A stretch of DNA of 64,000 nucleotides from Octopus vulgaris (Eukaryota): positions 18,042,001 to 18,106,000 of the forward strand of contig OX597819.1 in the NCBI GenBank assembly GCA_951406725.2, given 5' to 3'. Shown piece by piece: positions 53,652 through 64,000 of the stretch (its first letter is position 1; each line of letters opens with the position of its first letter). The position numbers were made by a program, and so were the translations under genes. The notes below the pieces were generated by a model. It ran no database searches. It saw only the letters and a list, made by a program, of their open reading frames with translations, and was not told the origin of the DNA.

Positions 53652-55786
53652 AAACCTGGAAGTGGCTTAGTAATTGGATGTTGTTACAAGAAGCTAACAT
53701 TCTACCTATCAACCATATCTTATCAACCTGTACCAGAAAGCCGTTCACTCTGTTCTCCACTTATGAATGCTAGAAGCTCTTCGACCTGTTAAATTTCTAC
53801 TGAGCATTGTCAAAGTTCTGTTGAGCATTTACAAAGCCCTACCTGACCTTACTTCAGCAAGGCCCGCCATCTTGAAATTAAATACATGGAATGATTGTAT
53901 TATCACTGACAGAATACAGTATCGGTGAGGCTTATGCCAAGGAGACAGCCTCTCTGTGACGTTGTTTATACTTTCTGTAAACCCTTTGATATTCATATTA
54001 AAGAAGACTCAAGGATATATCACAGGTTCACAAGGAAGCAGAAATAAGAAAATTTCATACTGTTTGTTTGTAAGTGACTTGAAAATATATGCAAATAATA
54101 TGCATGAGATTATAAAAGAGCTATGACCTGGTTGCAACATTCTCCAAGGACACGGGGCAGGAGTTTAAATAGGATAAATGTGGTTAAATGGTTGTGAAAA
54201 TAGGGAAAAGTCTCCATCAACATCTCCCTCAATCACTTAATTGTTTCCATTATATCTGATGAAGTATGTTACAAGTAACTTGGGGTAGATGAAAGCATAA
54301 CTTATAAATAGTACCCGTAAAAAAAACACCTGTTACTAAAGAATATTACCGTCGAATAAAGAAAATTTGAACTCTGCGCATTTAATAAAATGACTCACTG
54401 TGTGTTTACAGTGCCAGATCTCATACTATCATTTGAGCTACTTGATTGGACGCTTGATGCGAGCCGAGCCAGTGAAGTGGAAGCGTAGACTATACTAACC
54501 AGCACACATGATCTTCATATCAGCATTTACGGAGACCACCTCTACCTAAAACGAAAAACAAGGCGGCAGAGGCTTATCATCGATCCAGACTTTGAACATC
54601 GTATCATATCCCTTCGGCAATATCAATTAAATACCAAGTGTCGAAGTGCAACCCTAGACCAAGTTTGCATACATGAGATTGATAAAACTTGGAAGAAAGC
54701 TCTTTGAGCAGCATTCCTTGTCTTATAAGCTTAAAGAGGTCGCGCGACTCTATCGCAACGTATCATGATGTGAAAGAATGAGCGTGTATCAGCAGAAGAC
54801 TATCATGGATATTTTAGTAGACAGCTCCGATATGATAGTAACATTTATCATCAAAAGAGTATCACGGACCAATAATCGGAATACAACCTTTCACTTTGAA
54901 GGGTAAGCGTTTGCAATTCAGGAACAGGAAGTATCAACTAAATACCTAATGCACACGAGGGACAGAGGTGCAGGAAAAGCAGCAAGATGTGACAACAGCC
55001 GATGCAGACTTTGTGGAGTTAACACCGAAGATATCACGCACATTATAAGCAATTGTCCGAAAATGTCATCACGGTATTATCTACCGGTGAGACATGATGC
55101 TGTTGCTCAGACAGTATATAACGCGACACGTCGGAAGTATAACCCTGGGGACAAAGAGATAAGAACCCACAGTATGGTGGAAGTAGTAGTGGTGAAATGT
55201 TTCAGTGAAAACCTCAATAAAATGTAAACACAATAGAAAAGGTATAATGGTTTAAGACAGAGAAGGAAAACTGTGTACATTTGCGGAAATTAGCTGCTCG
55301 GCTGATGTTAACATAAAGCTGAATATCAGTGAAAAAGAGGACAACTATGCTGAACTATTGAGAAATCTGCAGTTCCTCTATCTAGATGACAAATTAAGGT
55401 TTATACCTGTAATTATTGAGGCACTGGGACGTGTAACACTCTGCTAAATTACCAAGCTTGGAGAATTAGGCTTCTTAAAACCAGAAAGGAGCAAGCTGAT
55501 TCGAACATTACAGATCCAATCCATCACTGAAACTGTAAAGATCTGTAAAATTTTCCAGAAGTTTATTATTTAAGTACACATGAGTATGTCTAGACATGCA
55601 ACTATGTGCAAGAGAATACACGCATAAAATAAACCATACAAATCTGCACGTATACATACGTACATGCATACGTACAAAAATATCCTGTTGATGCTGGTGA
55701 AATTCCGTTGGAGGAGGCTTGGATCTAGGTTAGACACTGGCTCTTTCTGTATTGGCAAGAAAACTTGAAAGAAAACTGAAAAATGA
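53652..55786 (+). mobile_element. R4/Dong-like non-LTR retrotransposon remnant, 5'-truncated, inserted in (TACA)n
   Basis: GLCQGDSLSVTLFILSVNPL; LFVSDLKIYA (YMDD-like); QGGRGLSSI; AFAIQEQEVSTKY; CRLCGVNTEDITHIISNC...RHDAVA (CCHC); AEISCSAD...KEDNYAEL; FIPVIIEALG. The 3' end is followed by catacatacata. Confidence 0.85.
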
Positions 55787-57991
55787 CATACATACATATA
55801 TTTTATAGTATCTGATGGAGAAGCCGACGACCAACGTAACCAAAGATTGCCTTTCTTTTCTTTTCTCTTATATAACTTTGAACTTAATTAATTATCTATT
55901 TACATATTCCTGCTTAATGGGGACATTGTCAGTGTGAAACTAAAGGATTCATACCAGTTGTCTAATGGACTCCATAAACGGCCGTCGAATTGCTTCATAT
56001 TGACGTTATAACTCTCTATAAATATTTCGTCGAAACTCCTCTAAACTTTTCAATCCATAATTAAGATTTCTCACAACTGCCGATCTATCTTAAAACTTTT
56101 ACTCATTAATTCAACGTTTTAAAATTTAATATGATTTTTAATCGATATATCAACGTTAATTTATTTCTACTTTCCACATACATTTTAACCTTATATAACT
56201 CTTATTTATTTCTAAATAATATATAAATATATTTCTTATCTTGATGTAATTTCATGTCTTTATGTATTTAATAAAATGATTATTTAAAGTTTTACCTCTT
56301 CTTAAACCTAATTATATAATGTCAAACGTCTCGGGTTCGACCTGAGTACTTCCAACTAATTATGTAAATAAAAAAACTTTCTCGAAAGAAAAAAAACAAC
56401 ATTTTATACATACATACATGCATACACACACAAACACACTTTCTCGAAAGCAAAAAACCCAATATTTTATACACACATACATACTTGCATGCATACAAAC
56501 ACACACACGCACGCACACATACATACATGCACACGCACACACACGCACACACACACACACATATAGTGAACTTGATCTGATATTTCATAATTTATGTTTA
56601 TTATGAACACAGACCGCTGTAATCTTAGATTTCAGTGAGTTACTTGAGATCTTATGGGCGATGTCCCGCCTTTGTTTCACTAATTTTTATATCTAAAAAT
56701 ATTCCAGCACAATCTAGGCGCATGCGTGTGTAAGAGCCATCATATGTTTAAGTATTCATTTGAGAGATTATTCTGACGAAACGCACTTATACTTAAACGC
56801 ATACATCAGGTGAAATACTCTTCCAGCCTGTGCTTCTAATAGACAAACGCCTGCAAACTCACACACGCGTAGTGAGTTCATTCGAAATATATTTAACTTC
56901 AATTATAGTTATTTCCATGTCATCTGCTTATATGTAATATTATCAAACAAATCTATCTGATGAGTCACGCATCTGTTTCGAACTTGCTGTATGGATGTGA
57001 AGAAAAACGATTCGTTGTTTGTATGTGGAAATTGTTCTTAAATGAAACGATGCTTTTTACTTAACATTACGATTTACGATTTCTATAAGAGTAATTTTGT
57101 GGTTGAAAGATATTTGCTTGGAATGGAATAAAGCCATTCTCAGTAATGAAACATCATCAAAAAAAGAAAGCAAAAAATAAAATTGAACAAATATACAACC
57201 AATAATATACATACATTTACTAGATATATTGCTCGCAGACAATTTAATAGCTTTCCGAAGAATTGGAGTTTTAAAGAAATTTACTGGTTTCTTTAGGTAG
57301 AATATTTAGAAATATCCTAACCATGAAAGTCGAAAATTGGCGAAAAGTCTATAGAATTGCATCATAACCTTAACCAATCTTGGAATATAATCAAGTAAAT
57401 TTCGATTTATCTCCTTATTATATATGTATACACACACGTGTGTGTATATATATTTATATATAAATTTATATATATGCCTACACACAAATATATGTATGTA
57501 TGTACAGTTTATCCCGATACAACGTCCATAAATGCATACATATATATATATATACATACATATATTACATACTTACATACATATGTGTGTATATGTGTGT
57601 GTATGTGCGTGGATAAGTAGATAGGTAAATAGATGTAGCCAAATGTGTTTATATGTGTGTTAGTACACAAATGTAAATATGTGCTTCGCTTAAATGTGTA
57701 GATATATTAATGCGTTTAGGCCTTGTGTGTCGTAACATCGCACGTTTTGTATTTCTGTTGTATTGCTTTCAAGTAATTTATTTCCTCATTAACGAATTCT
57801 TGCTCTTTACGGAATTATTGACGACATTAAAAAGTTAGACATACTTGCTGTACGTGCGTCTACGTGTGTATATTTCTTAGGGCTTGCGCGTCTTTGTGGT
57901 ATCTTTGTATGTGCCACCTGAGTGTGACTGTGAGTGTATGTGTGTGCATATGTTTGTTTAAGGTGTTGTTTAATATCCCCATTACAAGTAC

Positions 57992-58031
<40 letters not shown>

Positions 58032-59117
58032 GACAACAATATATAGAAATATATATGTGTGTAGAAACGTAAGTATATGATTTTAAGTACACATACTTAT
58101 GTAAGCAGTCTCATATACACACATATACACATGTTCCTCTTTCTCTCTCTATCTCTATTTGTGTGTATGTATTTGCATTTGTGCCTGAACGTTTGAATAT
58201 ATATGTAAAGATTAACACGTTCTTACATATGAATATATGATTTTGTACGAAGTATTTCCGACGTAATTCTAAATTCCGTGAAAGATAGCATGGTAGATAT
58301 TTCTAGAATCACTCGTGAAAAAAATAAGTTCAATGACATTCCTGTTGTGTAATGTTTTGCTATCCAATGAGAAATCATGTAGTATTTATTGAAGATAACA
58401 AAAACGATTTTTTAATGTTGCAATAATTGTTTATATGTACATACACACAGGTGTGAAGGCACATATATGTGTGCGACGATGTATACATCACATTTGTTCA
58501 CACTTACAAATATATACATTTAGAAAATAGAAGATAAAAATGCGCTGGGAATCGTTTAGATTTTAAAAGACTGAACTAGTTACACAGATTTCTCTGGTTT
58601 TCAAAAGTTTAGACAGAAAGACGTGGAGCTAAGCTACAAATGAGTGGAATTCAAATATTGTCATGTGTTTATAGAAAGAACATTGCTCAAATTTGTATCT
58701 AGTTTGGGAACTTTTGATTGGCTGAGAATGATCATGTGATATGGTTTATAAATGCTTTTAAGTTGTCCTCTAAGTTTTAACGTGACGATATGTTTGGTGC
58801 CGTTAATTAAAACTGTCACATATCAGCAGACATGTGCACTGATAAACCCTTGCAAGAACGTCTGATTTTAGTCTGTAAGATGTAGGGGATGAAAATCTCA
58901 CGATTAGTAGTAATCTTAGAAATGTTTGTAGGTTTTCCTCTACGACCGTGCCAATAGTTTTTGCGCCAAAAATCAACATTGGCGCGGTCCAATGATAATA
59001 TCTAGTGACACTCTCAATATAAAGTTCTCTATGTTTAACCTGTCGAGTGGGAAAGTGGATAGGAGTTGTTTCTATGGAGTCTAGTGGTTGAATAGTTATG
59101 GTTTACGTTTATATATT

Positions 59118-61108
59118 TGCTGTGGGGATAATAGTAATAATGGTACACCCCTCTCACGTGATGAGTGGTATGTGCTGGTCGTTATGTATATAACTTGACG
59201 TCGGTCAGTAAAGACAGAGTATGAAGTAGACGTTCTTAGATAGTTGTGTCTTTACTCGTCTAACAACTATACTGCTATACTGAAGGGACTGTTATAACAA
59301 TCTGATATTAAGTTTCACAACAGTGGCTACGGGGAATTAGTAAATTCACGAGCAATTGACAAATTCACAAAAGATTTTATTGTGCAAATTTTACGGAAAA
59401 ATATCGTAAAATTATGGAAAATGCATTGGCCAGTTTGCTCGAGTTGGAGAAGCAACAACAAAAGCAACGACAATTCCAAGAACAACAGGAGAAACAGCAA
59501 CAGCAACAACAACAACAGAATCAGCAACAGCAGTAGGTACAACTGCAAGAACAACACGAGAAGCAACGGCAATTACTATTACTGCAACAAATGCCGCAAT
59601 TAATGAAGAGTAAGCCTTCAGAAAATGCTGAAAGAAATTGTTCTCTCCAGATTATATTGCGAACTCGATAACAGATTTTAAGTACGAACCAGACGAAGGC
59701 GTTACCTTCTATATGTTTGGCATCTCAGTCGTGATAGTGCCTGACAATGGAAGGCAATTTGTGTCATTTGAATTTAAAAGGTGTCTGGGAAAGTTCGCTG
59801 TAGAACATGTAACTACAACACCATACCATCCCAGATCTAATGGACAGGCAGAACACTTTGTTCAAGAGAAACATAAGAAAGTCGAATAAGGAAGTTCACA
59901 AATGAGGTTGCTCTACAAAAGTTCTTAAGAGTATACCGTGTGACACCAAATGTGGAGGCGCAATGGCCCAGTGGTTACGGCAGCGGATCGCGGTCGTAGG
60001 ATCGCGGTTTCGATTCCCAGACCGGGCGTTGTGAGTGTTTATTGAGCGAAAACACCTAAAAGCTCCACGAGGCTCCGGCAGGGATGGTGGTGATCCCTGC
60101 TGCACTCTTTCACCACAACTTTCTCTCACTCTTACTTCCTGTTTCTGTTGTACCTGTATTTCAAAAAGCCGGCCTTGTCACTCTCTGTGTCACGCTGAAT
60201 ATCCCCGAGAACTACGTTAAGGGTACACGTGTCTGTGGAGTGCTCAGCCACTTACACGTTAATTTCACGAGCAGGCTGTTCCGTTGATTCGGATCAACCG
60301 GAACCCTCGTCGTCGTAACCGACGGAGTGAAAAAGGAGGGAGTGACACCAAATCCAAATACACCAGCGGAGTTGTATGTCACCCGCGGAGTAAAGTAAAA
60401 TCAGTCTTCGACAAATTGCCACCAGGGAAGAAAAGGAAAATTGCAATGGAAAATACAAGGTCTTTCAAAATTTGTTAGAAGTTATTTGTGAGGGAATATT
60501 AGAAGGGAAAACAGAGTTGGGAAGACGGCGCGATTACCAAACACATAGGAAAATGCTATACTTTGTAAAAAGTAGAAAAGGCATATAGAAGAGGCACATG
60601 AACCAACTGAAAAAAAGATTTGTGTATAGCGAACCCAAGAGAATGTAAGAACCAAAGGAATGATTATATAGTATGTCACAAGTACCAATGCCGTTACAGG
60701 TGATTGAATCCAGACACATAAATTAAGAAAAAGAAAGTGTACAGAGTCCCTGAAAGTGGATGTCAAACGAAGAAATATTAAATGTGTAAGTGTACGAAAA
60801 AAAACAACCAGAAAAAAGGGGAGGTGAGATGATGTAAAAATTATTATTATTAAAAGAAATATAAATACATTCCCTAAGAAAAGAGAAAACTTAAAAGTGG
60901 AGATATTGTGGAGATAATAGTAATAATGGTACACCCCTGCCGCGTGATTAGTGGTATGTGCTGGTTGCTATACACCTAAGGTGACGTCGGTCAGTATAGA
61001 GAGAGTAAGACGCCGACGCTTTTAGATAGTCGTGTCTTTACTGGTCTAACAACTACACTGCTATACCGAAGTGAGCGTTATAACAATCCCATATTAAGGA
61101 TTAGAACA
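59118..61108 (+). mobile_element. Gypsy/Ty3 LTR element, strongly internally deleted, carrying a nested SINE
   Basis: LTRs 59118-59322 and 60904-61108 (both end in ACA); TGGC PBS-like start; purine tract aaaagtggaga; flanks ATATT/ATATG. Gag MENALASLLELEKQQQ...FSPDYIANSITDFKYEPDEGVTF is joined to integrase VPDNGRQFVS...PYHPRSNGQAE. Confidence 0.88.
59952..60341 (+). mobile_element. SINE family C nested in the Gypsy integrase, with a 12-bp TSD
   Basis: GTGACACCAAAT at 59940-59951 and 60342-60353; removing the SINE restores KFLRVYRVTPNPNTPA. Confidence 0.92.
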
Positions 61109-61723
61109 ATATGCAGGCATCAAATTTAGCTATTAAATGTCATTTTGTCTACCATTCAACACTTAAGTACATGTAGAATCCGCCAGTTATCAGTCATAAT
61201 TGTATGCAACGTTTAGGTTGTTGGTTGTATAAAGTCAACATGTCAAGCAGAAGACTTTGTGTGTGAAGAATTGTTGGTGAATATAGTTTGTTGAAGTTTA
61301 TTCAGTTTTGGTTTGTAATTTTCTATGAATATATTTTCTTTATTTATCCGAGTCTGGTCTGAGGATTTGATTGAAGGCAATGGAAAGAGTCGTAACTTGG
61401 GAATCTTATTTGTTTCACATATGTCAATATGTCTGTCTCCATAAAAAAATGTTTATATATAAATGTATATACACACACACACACACATACACATATAAAT
61501 GGTTCTTTTTGTTGATATCAACGTATATATATATATACATACATATACACATACATACATGTATATATATAAGAGAAAAAAATCTATCAGAAAGGAACTC
61601 TATCTCTCTTAAAAAAATATCTTTTGATAAGCATAACAAATGCGCAACCGGTAAAAAGAACTTTCACCTAATTAAATACACTCTCCCTTACTTAAATTAT
61701 TTTGTCAGCATTTTCTTCATTTC

Positions 61724-61772
<49 letters not shown>

Positions 61773-61774
61773 TA

Positions 61775-61823
<49 letters not shown>

Positions 61824-62770
61824 AAATACATACTCACACACACAGACACACAAACATGCCTATATGTGATAGAAGGTTTGCAAATATCAAGCATGGCCGT
61901 AGTCAAATGACGGAAATTAATAAAAGAATAAAAGAATAAGGACATAAATTTTCTTTTCTAGAAATATACGTTAAGTACATAATAAAAGTAATGTGGGTAA
62001 ATGCAAATAGCTCAAATCTCGTGTTTATACGTTTACCAAAGACTCGTGTTTATCCCTTCCCACGTTGTTTTGAAAACGTAACAACGGAAACGCTAAATCA
62101 CAAGGCGAAAGTTTCCTTCGAAACGGTTCATGTGATTCTGTTTTTTTTTCCTTCTTCACACATGCAGGCACATGCTCGCATCACACACACTCACATCCAC
62201 CACACACACACACACACGTTCACACACGTACATTCATACACATCACACACACACAAACACACACATATATCTGCATATCTGGCTCTATATATCGCTAGTG
62301 GCTTCAATGCTTGTCGCCTGAGGAGCAGGGAAATTTTAGAATTATTTCGTTGGCTGCGTGAATAAGAACAGAAGCAAAACCACGAATATTTAATTCAAAT
62401 AACAATTGGTGGACACAAAGATATTTGGAGTTGGTGGTTTAGAATATAAATCACATCAGTGACTGCAAACTGGTAGAGAGGGAAAAAAAACAAGCGGCAT
62501 CTGTAGAAGTTAGTTATGAAACATTACGTGAACGTTCAAAAAGGATCTGTCCGTGTGCCTGGCAAAGTCTGCGCAAATTTCACTCTACGGTTACAAAAGC
62601 GTCAAAAGCGTTTTTTGTAATATAATGGACAAGAAGGACTTTCAAGAAAATCATATCACGACACAGCCATACGCTCATAGGTCGATTAATAGATCGACCA
62701 CATGAAACTACGGTGGTGTGCTGGTGTTGTCTGACTAAGTATCTAACGGTTAGGTTTTGATACATATGTA

Positions 62771-63067
62771 TTCCTTCTCGAGCCATGCCTGGCTCATAAG
62801 GGCCGGTTTCCCGGTTTCTTGGCGTATAGGTTCCCCACCTGGACGGGACGCCGGTCCGTCGCAGATGAGCTGCAAGATGCAGGAGGAAAGAGTGAGAGAA
62901 AGTTGTGGTGAAAGAGTCAGCAGAAGTTCGCCATGACCTTCTGCCGGAACCACGTGGAGCTTATGTGTTTTCGCTCATAAACATACACATCACCCGGTCT
63001 GAGATTCGAAACCGCGATCCCTCGACCGCGAGTCCGCTGCTCTAACCACCAGGCCATGTGCCTCCAC
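62771..63067 (-). mobile_element. SINE with a family C head and a different (MetaSINE-like) 3' part
   Basis: Head GTGGAGGCACATGGCCTGGTGGTTAGAGCAGCGGACTCGCGG matches family C up to ctttctctcactctt, then continues CTGCGACGGACCGGCGTCCCGTCCAGG...GAAACCGG. Confidence 0.8.
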
Positions 63068-63091
63068 ATATGTATTAATACATGATTATAT

Positions 63092-63122
63092 TGATAGATA
63101 GATAGATAAATAGATAGATAGG

Positions 63123-63181
<59 letters not shown>

Positions 63182-63189
63182 ATAGATAA

Positions 63190-63245
<56 letters not shown>

Positions 63246-63262
63246 AGAGAGAGATAGAGAGA
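63092..63262. repeat. (GATA)n microsatellite
   Basis: Direct run. Confidence 0.95.
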
Positions 63263-63489
63263 TATTCTCCGTACAAAATACACTTCATAATGTTCAAAAG
63301 GTTTAAACTTGAGTAGGTAGAGGAGTAAATGTAAGGATAAGAAAGTCAGGTAAGTCGATATACAAGAAATAGTGAATACATTTAATAGAACGTTATATAT
63401 ATTTACATACAAAACGGTGGGACTTACTCGAAATAGAAACGATATCACGAGTTAAAGGAGTTATACAATACACACAAATACACATATAT

Positions 63490-63990
63490 TTGCACTGATT
63501 GACCCTGTGCTTATACCAACCTTATGAGCAACTTCCTGGATTGTTGAACGACTGTTTTCCATGAATATTCGCCGAACACTATGAATCACATCCAGGTTTG
63601 GGCTTGTGAACGGCACACCTCACTGTGTCTCGTTTTCCACTGAGATGCGGCCATTTTGTGCCACTCCTTAACCTGAGTTTTTCCCCCACAACGTCATCGC
63701 GAACGGTCAAATGTATTTCTTGAATGACTCGACTAGAAGCAATCTTTTGTCGAAGCTTGATGGAATGTCTTTGCTTGATGCGTTCGGAGAAAGCGAAAAT
63801 CAGATCAGTGCGCACTACAAATCTGTATTCTAGGCACAGCTGCTGGGATCTGACGCCGCCTACTGGCGAGAAAGTCTCATTCTGTGCGCAAGAAGGGTGA
63901 CTTCATATCTCACCCAAACATTTTCGCCCGGTTGCATTAGATTTGGAGGGAAAATATAAAGTTGGATACTTTCGGAACGCACTTCGTCCA
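63490..63990 (-). mobile_element. mariner transposon 5' remnant (TIR-like end and HTH region)
   Basis: SERIKQRHSIKLRQK...GKTQVKEWH...GRISVENE...ENSRSTIQEVAHKVGISTGS resembles the mariner N-terminal HTH; TIR-like acgaagtgcgttccgaaagtatcc near 63990. Confidence 0.7.
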
Positions 63991-64000
63991 TGTACGCACA

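Noticed and set aside
56950-57000. CTGATGAG motif suggesting another hammerhead
   Set aside because: No pairing helix II and GAAC instead of GAAA.

Overview
AT-rich, microsatellite-saturated animal genomic DNA. The SINE families and overall repeat landscape look like an Octopus/coleoid cephalopod genome; this is inferred from recalled repeat sequences, not from a search. I recognise no intact host gene, and almost all ORFs in the supplied track are translations of (TA)n, (TACA)n, (TAA)n and (TCTA)n repeats. The identifiable content is transposon-derived: several tRNA-head SINE families; CR1-type, RTE and two R4/Dong-type LINE remnants; three Gypsy LTR remnants; two mariner remnants; a non-autonomous Helitron; a decayed Penelope-like element (PLE); and several short PLE-type repeats. 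Main observations: (1) a 459-bp tandem-plus-inverted repeat at 49.6-50.7 kb carries three type I hammerhead ribozyme motifs, resembling a retrozyme/PLE terminal repeat able to release a 459-nt monomer; (2) a 600-bp palindrome has a hammerhead motif in each arm; (3) a five-piece, microhomology-joined templated insertion interrupts a SINE at 31.3-31.65 kb; (4) a SINE family and a CR1-type LINE share a 3' tail; (5) two R4/Dong lineages sit in different microsatellites. A few possible minus-strand exons are listed at low confidence.
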